Source: Alphaproteobacteria bacterium GWF2_58_20 (lineage in GTDB: Bacteria > Pseudomonadota > Alphaproteobacteria > UBA1247). Taken from it: a stretch of DNA of 64,000 nt. The stretch spans positions 10,168 through 74,167 of the forward strand of contig MEMB01000004.1 of NCBI GenBank assembly GCA_001768735.1, written 5' to 3'. The notes under the pieces are model-generated. The model worked only from the letters and a program-made list of their open reading frames with translations, was not told where the DNA came from and did no database searches. This document shows positions 8,874 to 18,538 of the stretch, in pieces. The position numbers were made by a program, and so were the translations under genes. The stretch's first letter is position 1; each line of letters starts with the position of its first letter.

Positions 8874-10106
8874 ATGCTCTTGCAGGATGAACATATCCGG
8901 TTGCTTCTCAGCGGTCTTGATTCCCTGCGCGTTGCAGTGGTCATCATCGATGCACAGGAAACCCTGCTCTACTGCAACCAGCATTACAAATATGTCTATC
9001 GCCAGAGCGAAGATCCGGCCAACTTTCTTGGCCAATCGCTGGAAAGCCTGCTGCGCCACCATATGGCGCACGCGGAAATCCTCCAGCCGCCCCCGGAAGA
9101 ATGGCTGGCGGCGCGCATGGCATACCAGCGCAGCGGCACACGCTACATCTTTGAGGAACAGCTGGAAGATGGCCGCTGGATCCAGATCCGGGCGCGTCCG
9201 GTTCCCGGCCAGCTTGGAACCATCCTGCTGCTGACCGATGCCAGTGAAACAAAATCCACTCAAGCCACCATTCTTGAACAGGGCACCCGCCTTGCCGACG
9301 CGATTGCGGAACTGTCGGAAAAGGAAAGGTGCCTTTCCATCATGACACAGGACCTTGACATTGCCCGTACCGACGCCCGCAAGGCGGCCGGGGCGCGCAA
9401 CCTGTTCTTCCACAACATGAACCACCAGCTCAGGACTCCCCTCAACGCCATCATAGGCTTTGCAGACATGATGAGGTCAGAAATGCTCGGACCAATTGGA
9501 AAATCCCGCTACAAGGAATATGCCGATGACATTTTCCAGAGCGGCTCAAACCTGCTCTCGGTCATCAACCAGATCCTCGATTATGCCCAGGTCGGATCCG
9601 CCGCCTATGGCCTGAACCGGAACCTGCATCCTGTCCATGCCCTCATTGACACCTGCGTAAACAATGTTTCCGAAGCGGCCGCCCATGCCGACATCGGTCT
9701 TGACGTGGTGGGTGACCTTGAAGCCCTGCCCCATGTGCATGTGGATGCCATCGCCGCAAGCCAAGCCATCACCAACCTGCTCCTGCAGGCCATTGCCGCT
9801 TCCCCGCGGGGTGGCAGCGTCTATCTTTCCGTATGGGCTGAAAATGGCCACGTCATGTTTGCCGTCAAGGATTCCGGCCATGGCATCAGCGACATTGAAA
9901 TCCGCCAGCTGGATGCCATGGGCGCGGACGAGGCCATGAAAACCCTGCGCAGCCATGCCCACGAAGGCATTGCGCTGCCGCTTTCCAAGGCGCTGGTTGG
10001 CATGCATGGCGGCCATTTCCATGTGGAAAGCAACGAAACTGCAGGCACTACGGTAACCTTCAGTTTCCCGCATCCTGAAATGCAGGCCGAGGCTATCCCG
10101 GCCTGA
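8874..10106 (+). CDS. PAS-domain histidine-kinase-like protein (PleC/DivJ-like) with degenerate ATP-binding boxes
   Basis: PAS region (LEDGRWIQIR); HQLRTPLNAIIGF H-box; DSGHGI G1 box; start ATG 8874 after AGGGAG. Confidence 0.8.
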   Translation: MLLQDEHIRLLLSGLDSLRVAVVIIDAQETLLYCNQHYKYVYRQSEDPANFLGQSLESLLRHHMAHAEILQPPPEEWLAARMAYQRSGTRYIFEEQLEDGRWIQIRARPVPGQLGTILLLTDASETKSTQATILEQGTRLADAIAELSEKERCLSIMTQDLDIARTDARKAAGARNLFFHNMNHQLRTPLNAIIGFADMMRSEMLGPIGKSRYKEYADDIFQSGSNLLSVINQILDYAQVGSAAYGLNRNLHPVHALIDTCVNNVSEAAAHADIGLDVVGDLEALPHVHVDAIAASQAITNLLLQAIAASPRGGSVYLSVWAENGHVMFAVKDSGHGISDIEIRQLDAMGADEAMKTLRSHAHEGIALPLSKALVGMHGGHFHVESNETAGTTVTFSFPHPEMQAEAIPA

Positions 10107-10130
10107 GGCTTTTCACAACAAAAGATTTCT

Positions 10131-11003
10131 TCAGTCCGGCCAGCGACGATGGAGCCAGAGCCATTGCTCCGGGTGTGCCCGCACCCAGCCTTCCACCACC
10201 GCATTGACCTTGGCCATGACATGGGGGGCAACCTGCGCGCGCGGCTTGTCCGAATCCACGTGCATGGGCGCGCCAATCTGGATGCAGAAATCCGTTCCGG
10301 ACGTCCGGGTGATTTCCATCGAATAGATCGGGCATTTGAACCGGTGCGCCAGGTTGGCAATGGCGGGCGCGGTCATGGCATCATGGCCAAAGAACGGCAC
10401 CGGAAGACCATCATTCATTTTCTGGTCCACCAGCAGGATGGCTTTCTTGCCGGAGGCCAGCCACGCCATGAGCTGCGCCGCCCCGCGTCGCCCCTTGGCA
10501 AACCCGTAAGGCCCCCGGAAACGCCGCAGGATGCGGGCGACAAACGGGTTGTTCGGCTCGCGATATACATAGGCGACCTCCATGCCATAGCGGGCATGCA
10601 GGGTTTCCACCAGTTCCCAGTTGGCCATGTGCGCCGCAAGGATGAGCGCCGGCCCCGGTTGCTGACGCAGAGTCTTGAAATGCTCGTCCTCGATCACCTC
10701 TACCCAGCCAGCCCGGCCGGTTTCCAGCGCCTTAAGGTGCGGATATTCCCCTAAAACCCGCCCCAGGTTCTCCCACATGCCGGAAAGCGTTTCCATCCGC
10801 TGCCCTTCGCTCCAATCCGGAAAGGCCCGCCCCATGTTGCGCAGGGCCAGACGGTTGATTCCAAGGTGAGGCCCAAGGACACGGAAAATCCTCCCGCCCA
10901 CGGCAGATGCCCAGCGGACGGGCAGCAGGCGGAACACCCCTGTTGCCAAAGCAAAAGCCAGTCCGCTCACACCATAAGACAGCGTTTTTCCAAAGGATTT
11001 CAT
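10131..11003 (-). CDS. lpxL: Lipid A lauroyl/myristoyl acyltransferase
   Basis: AHMANWE, LVDQKMNDG, PEQWLWLHRRW; ATGA overlap with the lpxK stop. Confidence 0.85.
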   Translation of the reverse strand: MKSFGKTLSYGVSGLAFALATGVFRLLPVRWASAVGGRIFRVLGPHLGINRLALRNMGRAFPDWSEGQRMETLSGMWENLGRVLGEYPHLKALETGRAGWVEVIEDEHFKTLRQQPGPALILAAHMANWELVETLHARYGMEVAYVYREPNNPFVARILRRFRGPYGFAKGRRGAAQLMAWLASGKKAILLVDQKMNDGLPVPFFGHDAMTAPAIANLAHRFKCPIYSMEITRTSGTDFCIQIGAPMHVDSDKPRAQVAPHVMAKVNAVVEGWVRAHPEQWLWLHRRWPD

Positions 11004-11977
11004 GACACGCAACATCCCTTTGCCAACAGCGTCCGCACCTGATCCGGATTCTCAAACACCAACCGGACGGACAGGACGGACAACCCGACCCGCAGCTCCG
11101 GCGACAGGCGCGCCATGTCCTTGGCCGTTGTAAGAAGCCCGGCACCAAGACGCACGGCTTCCGCATGCAGGGCCGCCATTTCCTTCCCGGAATAGGCATG
11201 ATGGTCGGCAAACGGGGCCACCGCCGCAAGAGCAACGCCCTGTGTGCGCAAAAACCCGAAAAACTTCTCCGGACGGCCCAGCCCGCAGAAGGCCAGCCAC
11301 TGTCCCTGCCGAAGCTCCGAAACTTCCGGGCCCGGCACCAGTCGGGCACGGACAACCGGCATGCCTTGCGGCACCTGCGCCAGCACGCCGGTTTCATCTT
11401 CCCCGATGAGGATAACGGCATGACAGCGCGCAAGGGCGGCCGCAAGCGGTTCGCGCAACGGGCCCGCCGGAAGGCAAAGACCGTTCCCGATTCCCACCGC
11501 GCCATCCAGAACGCAAAAACTCAAGGACTTGGCGACAAACGGATTTTGCAACCCGTCATCCATCACCACACAGCGCGCACCGGCCAGTGCCGCCGCCAAC
11601 ACTGAACGCACCCGGCTTTTCCCCACCCATGTGGGCGCCTGGGCCGACAGCAACAGGGGTTCATCTCCTACCATGCGGGCGTCATGAACCACCGGATCCA
11701 CCCGCAGGCTGCCTGCTGCATGCCCTTTATATCCGCGTGACACAAAATGCGCCTGCGCCCCCATTTCCGAAAGCAGCGCTTCAAGCGCCATGGCGGCCGG
11801 GGTTTTGCCGGAACCGCCTGCGGTGGCATTGCCCACACAAACCACCGGAATGGGAGACACCACCGGATGCCGCCGCAAACGCGCCGCCACCACCGCAGCC
11901 TGCAGCCATCCCAGCGGCGCAAGCCAACGGGCAAGAAGGGAAGGATGCGAACGATACCAGAAGGCCGGCGTTTTCAT
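11000..11977 (-). CDS. lpxK: Tetraacyldisaccharide 4'-kinase
   Basis: VGNATAGGSGKTP, SRGY, GDEPLLL, DDGLQ, PAGPLRE, TTAKD. Confidence 0.95.
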   Translation of the reverse strand: MKTPAFWYRSHPSLLARWLAPLGWLQAAVVAARLRRHPVVSPIPVVCVGNATAGGSGKTPAAMALEALLSEMGAQAHFVSRGYKGHAAGSLRVDPVVHDARMVGDEPLLLSAQAPTWVGKSRVRSVLAAALAGARCVVMDDGLQNPFVAKSLSFCVLDGAVGIGNGLCLPAGPLREPLAAALARCHAVILIGEDETGVLAQVPQGMPVVRARLVPGPEVSELRQGQWLAFCGLGRPEKFFGFLRTQGVALAAVAPFADHHAYSGKEMAALHAEAVRLGAGLLTTAKDMARLSPELRVGLSVLSVRLVFENPDQVRTLLAKGCCVS

Positions 11978-13245
11978 GCCCGCCCCCCCGGCAGCAGGGG
12001 ATGCAGACGCGAAAGGATTTCCCCCAGCACATCGCGGTTGCGTTCGGCCACCCCTCCCGCCGCCCGGGCAAGAGCCGCCGCCGCTTCAGGGTGCACAAGA
12101 AGATGCTGGAGCGCTTCCGCAAGGCCCAGGCTTCCGGTCAGCGGCAAAGCCGCGCCTTCCTTTTCAAGATCGGCACAAACCGCCTTGAAATTGAACATGT
12201 GCGGGCCATAAAGAATGGCACAACCCAGCTGGGCCGGCTCGATCGGGTTGTGACCGCCATGCGGCACAAAGGAGCCCCCCATGACCACCACCGGAACCAC
12301 GCGGAACAACAAGCCCATTTCTCCCATGGTATCGGCGACATATACCTCCGTGCCCGGTGCAATGGTTTCCCCGGCACTCCGAACAGCGCAGGAAAGTCCT
12401 TCCGCTCGCAACATTGCCGCCACCTCAACTCCGCGCTGGGGATGCCGGGGCGCAAGGATGGTCAGCAGGCCCGGCAATTTTTCCGCCACCACCTTGTGAA
12501 CATGCGCGGCCATGTCCTCCTCGCCGGGATGGGTGCTTGCATAAAGCCAGCAGACACGTCCGCCGATGGCCGAGGATAGCGCCTCCACCGCCTCTGGTGC
12601 CGCCGGCAGGGGATCGGAAGCGTATTTGAGATTGCCCGAAAGCGCCACATCGGGCGCGCCAATGGCCGCAAGCCGGGTGGCATCGCCTTGCGTTTGCGCC
12701 AGGCAGAACCGGAAGGCCGACAGGAGGGTCCGCGCAAGGACGGGATATTTTTTCCAGCGCCGCGCCGACCGCTCCGACAGGCGTCCATTGAGAAGCACCG
12801 CAGGAATCCGGCGCATCCGGATTTCCGACAGCATGACCGGCCAGAATTCCGATTCCGTCCACAGCGCAAGGTCGGGATGCCAGGCATCAAGAAAACGCCG
12901 CACCCATGGCAGGCAGTCCAGCGGCATGAACTGGTGAATCACCCCCTTGGGCAACCTTTTGCCCATCAGGCGGGCCGACGTCAGCGTTCCTGTGGTTACC
13001 AGCACCGCGATGTCCTTGCGCTGGGCCATGAGGCTCCCGATGAGGCTGAGAATGGAGAGGGATTCCCCGACGCTTGCGGCATGAAACCACACCAGAGGCC
13101 CTGCGGGCCGAACGCAGGATGGATGGCCCATGCGTTCGGAAAGCCGCCCCGCATCTTCCTTGCCCTGACGAACGCGCAGAGCCAGGTGCAGGCGAAGGAT
13201 TGGGGCCAGCAGGGCCGTCATGAACACATAAGCTTTAAGCATCAT
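11974..13245 (-). CDS. waaA: Kdo transferase
   Basis: WFHAASVGE, ESEFWP, GNLKY, STHPGEE, APRHPQR, GGHNPIEP. Confidence 0.95.
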   Translation of the reverse strand: MMLKAYVFMTALLAPILRLHLALRVRQGKEDAGRLSERMGHPSCVRPAGPLVWFHAASVGESLSILSLIGSLMAQRKDIAVLVTTGTLTSARLMGKRLPKGVIHQFMPLDCLPWVRRFLDAWHPDLALWTESEFWPVMLSEIRMRRIPAVLLNGRLSERSARRWKKYPVLARTLLSAFRFCLAQTQGDATRLAAIGAPDVALSGNLKYASDPLPAAPEAVEALSSAIGGRVCWLYASTHPGEEDMAAHVHKVVAEKLPGLLTILAPRHPQRGVEVAAMLRAEGLSCAVRSAGETIAPGTEVYVADTMGEMGLLFRVVPVVVMGGSFVPHGGHNPIEPAQLGCAILYGPHMFNFKAVCADLEKEGAALPLTGSLGLAEALQHLLVHPEAAAALARAAGGVAERNRDVLGEILSRLHPLLPGGRA

Positions 13246-13294
13246 CCCATTGATTCCCGGAAAGACCTGTCCTGATATCCGGCACCTTAGCGCG

Positions 13295-14188
13295 TCATCC
13301 GCCTACATTTCCAGCCAGAAATGCGAAAAAAACCAGAAGGCCGAACACGACATTCGCCTTAAACCGGGACAGCGCAGACGCCGGAGAGGCCAGATCCCAT
13401 GTCAAAACCTGCCATGCCGCATGGGCAAAAGCGGGCAAAAGGGCCAGCAGGACGATGGGGGAAAATCCTACGGCCGCCACCAGAAAGAACCCGCACAGGA
13501 CAAAAACAACAGAAACAAAGGCGCGGACATGTCCTTCAAACCGCAGGGCGGTGGATTTGAGCCCCAGCCGGCTATCCCCTTCACGATCCTGCCAGGCATA
13601 AATGGTATCATAAGCCAGGGTCCAGCAGATCCCGGCAACATAAAGCCACAGGACGGGAAGATCCAGCCGGCCCCGGACGGCGGCCCATCCCATGGGGGCC
13701 CCCCAGTTGAAGGCCAGCCCCAGCACCAGCTGCGGCCAGAATGTCACCCGCTTCATGAGCGGATACACCAGCACAACAGGCAGGGACAGGAAGCCCAGCA
13801 GGAGGACAAGGCGGTTCATCTGGAGCAGGACAAGCAGCCCCCCCAGCATGAGCAGGGCGCAAAATCCCAACGCTGCGGGCACACCCACCCGTCCAGAGGC
13901 CAAAGGACGCTGGGCTGTCCTTTCCACCTTGCGGTCAATGTCGCGATCCAGAATGTCGTTGATGACACAGCCCGCCCCCCGCATGAGGAAAGCCCCAACC
14001 GTAAAAAGGAAATAAAGCCGCCATGCATGCAGGCCTCCACCTGCAAGGGCCACGCCCCAAAAGCAGGGAAGCAGAAGAAGCCAGGCTCCCACCGGGCGGT
14101 CAACCCGGGCGAGATACAGGAACGGGCGCACGGCGGCAGGAAATTTTTCCGGCCAGCGGGCGGTCATGTCGGTATGCATGCTTGTCAT
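13295..14188 (-). CDS. ubiA: 4-hydroxybenzoate polyprenyltransferase
   Basis: GCVINDILDRDIDRKVERT, YPLMKR, YDTIYAWQD. Confidence 0.95.
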   Translation of the reverse strand: MTSMHTDMTARWPEKFPAAVRPFLYLARVDRPVGAWLLLLPCFWGVALAGGGLHAWRLYFLFTVGAFLMRGAGCVINDILDRDIDRKVERTAQRPLASGRVGVPAALGFCALLMLGGLLVLLQMNRLVLLLGFLSLPVVLVYPLMKRVTFWPQLVLGLAFNWGAPMGWAAVRGRLDLPVLWLYVAGICWTLAYDTIYAWQDREGDSRLGLKSTALRFEGHVRAFVSVVFVLCGFFLVAAVGFSPIVLLALLPAFAHAAWQVLTWDLASPASALSRFKANVVFGLLVFFAFLAGNVGG

Positions 14189-14219
14189 CGGGCTTCTTCA
14201 TAATTATAGCTGTGGGAAA

Positions 14220-14993
14220 ATGCAACGCGGAGGACATGAATTGATCCGTCTTTTTGTCGAAGATCCCCTTTCCCAAGGCTTCCTGCTGGGCCTTGACGCA
14301 ACGCGCGCCCACTATCTCATCCATGTCATGCGCATGAATATTGGCGATTCGCTGCTGGTGTTCAACGGTCGCGATGGCGAATGGCACGCCGAGGTGGAAG
14401 GAACCGGAAAAGGCTGGTGCAGCCTGAAGATTGGCGACAAGACCCGCGACCGGGGATACCCTTCGGATCTCTGGCTGCTCATGGCCGCCATCAAGAAACC
14501 ACGCATGGCCATCGCCGTGGAAAAAGCCACCGAGCTGGGCGCCGGACTCATCTGGCCTGTCATCACCCGCCACACCGTCATGGCGAACGTCAATTCCGAA
14601 AAACTGTCCCTTACCGCCATCGAGGCTGCCGAACAATGCGAACGTCTCGACGTTCCCGATGTCCGTCCCCCCACGGCCCTCATGGACATCTTGTCAAAAT
14701 GGCCCGAAGGCCGCAGCCTGGTGGTGTGCGCCGAAACCGGCAACGCCCGCCCCGCCATGGACGTGTTTTCCGGCTGGGCACGGGAACCCGCGCACCCCAC
14801 GGCGATCCTCGTGGGGCCGGAAGGCGGTTTTGCCAAGGAAGAGCTGGAATACTTGGCGTCCCTGCCCTTTGTGCATTTCATCGGCCTCGGCCCGCGCATC
14901 CTGCGCGCCGAAACTGCCGCCATCACTGCCCTTTCGCTGTGGCAGGCCACCTGCGGCGATTTCGGCTTGCCGCCCCGGGGCGAGCCTGACTGA
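14220..14993 (+). CDS. rsmE: 16S rRNA m3U1498 methyltransferase
   Basis: HYLIHVMR, EKATELG, EAAEQCER, VGPEGGF, LGPRILRAETA; start approximate. Confidence 0.93.
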   Translation: MQRGGHELIRLFVEDPLSQGFLLGLDATRAHYLIHVMRMNIGDSLLVFNGRDGEWHAEVEGTGKGWCSLKIGDKTRDRGYPSDLWLLMAAIKKPRMAIAVEKATELGAGLIWPVITRHTVMANVNSEKLSLTAIEAAEQCERLDVPDVRPPTALMDILSKWPEGRSLVVCAETGNARPAMDVFSGWAREPAHPTAILVGPEGGFAKEELEYLASLPFVHFIGLGPRILRAETAAITALSLWQATCGDFGLPPRGEPD

Positions 14994-14999
14994 ACATTT

Positions 15000-16961
15000 T
15001 CAGGGCTTGATGGCGCAGGTATGCCATGTGCCGTTGGACAGCTGGGTTACGCCGCTGTCCATGCCAAGCACCATGGTGGGCACCGAGCGGTTTTCATAAT
15101 TGCCCAACCCCAGCGCCCCCGTCGTTTCCCCTCGTCCCCAGCAATAAAGGGTTGTATCCTTGATGGCGCAATTGTGGTGGTCGCCCGCCGACACCGCCGT
15201 TACGCCGCTGTCCATGTCCACCACCGGAACCGGCGATGTCCGGTTGATGATCGTGCCATCGCCAAGCAGGCCATACTGGTTGTAGCCCCAGCAGTACAGC
15301 GCGCCAGACTTGATGGCGCAGCCGTTCAGGAGACCTGTCGAGATCGACGTCACCCCGCTCCCCATATTGAGCACCGCCACCGGCACATGGCTGTCCGATG
15401 TACCACCATTTCCGAGCGCCCCGCCGTAACCGCGGCCCCAGCAATAAGCCGCGCCCGACCGAACGGCACAGGTATCTTGTATTCCAACCATCACTGCCGT
15501 TACACCACTGTCCATGCCCACCACTGGGGTCGGCGTGGAACGGTTAATGAGTGAATTGTCTCCCAGCTTGCCGAAGCTGTTTTCTCCCCAGCAATACAGC
15601 GCCCCCGACTTGATGGCACAGGAATGGTAATATCCAATGGAAAGCACCGACACCCCGCCCCCGGCAAGGTCTCCCTGCACCTCAACCGGAAGGAGGCTGT
15701 TAATATTGGTACCATCCCCCAGCTGGCCATAAGCGTTTCCGCCCCAGCAATACAGAACCCCGGACTTGATCGCACATGTATGCGTAAACCCTGCATTCAC
15801 AGCCGTCACGTCACTGTCCATGTCCACAACGGATACTGGTGGAATACTGTCCGTTGTGGCATTGTTGCCCAGCTGCCCTTGGTGATTGCGGCCCCAGCAC
15901 GAAACCGCCCCGTTTTTCAGGGCACAGGTATGGTCATATCCGCCTGCGGCCAGGTCCACCCCAAGCCCCATGGCGGACACCGCCACAGCAACGGTATTGT
16001 TGTCGCCATATACATGCCCCACTTTGCCATAAGCAAAATGTCCCCAGCAGTAAAGGTCACTGGGACCAAACCCGTTTGCAGAGCCTGACAGGCCGGCAGA
16101 CACCTCTCCGCCCGCATCGGCAGATACCGTCAGCATTCCCGTGTAAGACCCCACATCCGCATCTGCCGTTGGCTGAACCTCAATAACGCAGGAACCGCCC
16201 CCTGCCAGAGGTGCCGTACATCCATTTGACGCCATGGAAAAATGCGTTCCCGACAGGTTGATGGTCAAATCCGTTGTGGTTTCACAGCCATCGCAGTTGC
16301 GCACCGTAAACGGAACCACATCCCCATACAGCACAAGGCCGACCGACATTCCCGCTGCGGCAATGTCCATCCCGGCTGCGCTGGCGGGATCCATGGAAAG
16401 GACGGCCACCGGCAACCCACCGCCACCTGCAAACCCGCTCGCCACGCCCGCAACCGCCATGGACGCGGTCCCGGCCGTGGTTGCGCTGACGCGCAGTGTG
16501 CCGTCATAGCTGCCATTCCGGTCGGCACGGGGATAAAGAACAATATCGCAGGTAGCCGCCGCATCCAGCGATGCAGCGCAGGTGGTCAGAACCAGATCTG
16601 TCACAAAATTGGCGCCCGCATCGTTTTCAACCTGGAAGACAATGCTTCCAGACGCCACCGTTCCCGTATTTGTCACCTCAAAGGTAACGGAGCTTCCGTC
16701 TGTCCAGACACCATCAGCAGCTCCCAGACCGTTGACATCCATGGCCAGGGGATCGCTGCCACCGGCACTGATGGCAAGGGTTGCAGCCCCTTCCTCATCT
16801 TCATTGTGGGATGCCACCCAATGGGAACAGGAGGCATCATCCATCATGTTGCAGATGTTTTTCCGGATGCGGTACTTTTGCTGTGCAAGCCCCTCCGCCC
16901 CGGCACCGACGGAAACCAGTGCAACCATACCAAAAACCAGCAGCCATTTCATGCAACGCAT
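15000..16961 (-). CDS. Secreted protein: signal peptide, two Cys-containing Ig-like (ASH-like) domains and a C-terminal RCC1/BLIP-II-like beta-propeller
   Basis: ATG 16961 with GGAGG 5 nt upstream; MKWLLVFGMVALVSVGAGA leader; VTFEVTNTG..TC..TC and VPFTVRNC..GC..SC units; seven CWG.N..G.LG...HTCAIK repeats. Confidence 0.85.
   Translation of the reverse strand: MRCMKWLLVFGMVALVSVGAGAEGLAQQKYRIRKNICNMMDDASCSHWVASHNEDEEGAATLAISAGGSDPLAMDVNGLGAADGVWTDGSSVTFEVTNTGTVASGSIVFQVENDAGANFVTDLVLTTCAASLDAAATCDIVLYPRADRNGSYDGTLRVSATTAGTASMAVAGVASGFAGGGGLPVAVLSMDPASAAGMDIAAAGMSVGLVLYGDVVPFTVRNCDGCETTTDLTINLSGTHFSMASNGCTAPLAGGGSCVIEVQPTADADVGSYTGMLTVSADAGGEVSAGLSGSANGFGPSDLYCWGHFAYGKVGHVYGDNNTVAVAVSAMGLGVDLAAGGYDHTCALKNGAVSCWGRNHQGQLGNNATTDSIPPVSVVDMDSDVTAVNAGFTHTCAIKSGVLYCWGGNAYGQLGDGTNINSLLPVEVQGDLAGGGVSVLSIGYYHSCAIKSGALYCWGENSFGKLGDNSLINRSTPTPVVGMDSGVTAVMVGIQDTCAVRSGAAYCWGRGYGGALGNGGTSDSHVPVAVLNMGSGVTSISTGLLNGCAIKSGALYCWGYNQYGLLGDGTIINRTSPVPVVDMDSGVTAVSAGDHHNCAIKDTTLYCWGRGETTGALGLGNYENRSVPTMVLGMDSGVTQLSNGTWHTCAIKP
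15003..16060 (-). repeat. Seven imperfect ~150-bp coding tandem repeats (RCC1 blades)
   Basis: CTTGATGGCGCA-like motif recurs near 15005, 15159, 15307, 15457, 15607, 15763 and 15912. Confidence 0.85.
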
Positions 16962-17141
16962 CCGATCCTCCAGCCCATACCCTTCCCGGCAACCAAAACC
17001 GGAACAAAACCATGATAAGATAAACAAACGAATTATAATATAAAAAAAGAGGGGCACGCTTTCCAGCCTCCTTGCAGGATCCTCTTCCCACCCCGTTGTC
17101 CATACTTGCGCACGGCTTGCAAATCCTCTACATACGCCCCC

Positions 17142-18413
17142 ATGGAAAACCGGGATATCAATATTACCACTCTGGCCAATGGCATGCGCGTTGTCACCGA
17201 CCGCACGCCGTGGGTTGAAACTGCTTCTGTCGGCATCTGGGTTGGCGCGGGCGCGCGCGACGAGGAGAAGGGGGCCAGCGGCATCGCCCATTTCCTTGAA
17301 CACATGGCCTTCAAGGGCACCACCACCCGTTCAGCCCGGGACATCGCCCACGAGATCGAGGCGGTGGGTGGCCACCTCAACGCCTATACCTCGCGCGAAA
17401 GCACAGCCTATTACGCCCGCATCCTGAAAGAGCATGTTCCGCTGGCCATGGACATCCTGTCCGACATCCTGCGCAACTCCACCTTTGCCGAAGAGGAACT
17501 GGCCAAGGAACGGACGGTGGTGCTGCAGGAAATCGGCATGACCGAGGACACACCGGACGATATCGTGTTTGACCTGTTTCAGGAAACCGCCTATCCCGAC
17601 CAGCGTCTGGGACGACCGGTTCTGGGCACGACAGAATCCGTTTCCCGCCTCACCCGTGACGACCTCACCGGTTTCATCCGCCAGCATTACCATCCCGGCC
17701 GCATGGTGGTTTCCGCCACCGGGAACCTCCGGCACGAAGACATCTGCGCACTGGCGGAAAAGCATTTCGGCGACCTGCCCGCCGGTGATCCCGTCCCCGC
17801 CCATGAACCCGCTTGCTACAAAGGCGGCGACCTGCGCCAGGTGCGTGACCTCGAACAGGTACATGTCGTCCTCGGTTTCCGCGGCATCAGCGCCCACGAC
17901 CCCGATTATTATGCCATGGCGGTTTTCGGTACCCTGCTGGGAGGCGGCATGTCCTCGCGCCTGTTTCAGGAGATGCGGGAAAAGCGCGGCCTTGTCTATT
18001 CCATCCACAGTTTTTCAGCCTCTTTCCGCGACGACGGGCTTTTTGGCATCTACGCCGGTTGCACCCCCAGCCACGTTCCGGAAGTGCTGCCCGTCATCTG
18101 CGCCGAACTGGTGGCCGTTTCCAGCCAGGTAACAGATGCGGAAATCGCTTCTGCCAAAGCACAGATCAAGGCCGCCTTCCTGATGGCCCTGGAAAGCACA
18201 TCCTCCCGCTGCGAACAGCTGGGGCAGCAGATGCTGGTGTTCGGACGGCCTGTCCCCCTCACCGAAACCCTTGCGCGGATTGATGCGGTGGACAAGGACA
18301 AGATCCACGCCCTGGTGGCGCGCCTGCTGCAAAGCACGCCTACCCTCACCGCCATCGGCGATGTCTCGCACCTTGAAGCCTACGAGAACGTGCGCAAGCA
18401 ACTCGCGCTTTAA
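17142..18413 (+). CDS. M16B peptidase, copy 1 (canonical, MPP/RPP-like)
   Basis: GIAHFLEHMAFKGT, LNAYTS, ERTVVLQE, LGGGMSSRLFQEMREKRGLVY. Confidence 0.95.
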   Translation: MENRDINITTLANGMRVVTDRTPWVETASVGIWVGAGARDEEKGASGIAHFLEHMAFKGTTTRSARDIAHEIEAVGGHLNAYTSRESTAYYARILKEHVPLAMDILSDILRNSTFAEEELAKERTVVLQEIGMTEDTPDDIVFDLFQETAYPDQRLGRPVLGTTESVSRLTRDDLTGFIRQHYHPGRMVVSATGNLRHEDICALAEKHFGDLPAGDPVPAHEPACYKGGDLRQVRDLEQVHVVLGFRGISAHDPDYYAMAVFGTLLGGGMSSRLFQEMREKRGLVYSIHSFSASFRDDGLFGIYAGCTPSHVPEVLPVICAELVAVSSQVTDAEIASAKAQIKAAFLMALESTSSRCEQLGQQMLVFGRPVPLTETLARIDAVDKDKIHALVARLLQSTPTLTAIGDVSHLEAYENVRKQLAL

Positions 18414-18538
18414 AAACAAGAAGAACAAGAAGCCTCCGCAAAAATGCCGGGTGGCCATGCGGTTTTTGCATACCTTGTGCGCAAACCCGCATGTTACGTT
18501 TCGGAATCCCGACCGTTCCCCAAACAAAGGATCGCAAC

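Noticed and set aside
15003-16060. Regularly spaced repeats as a possible CRISPR array or DGR template/variable repeats
   Set aside because: The period is about 150 bp, in frame and protein-coding (RCC1 blades); no cas or reverse transcriptase gene in the window
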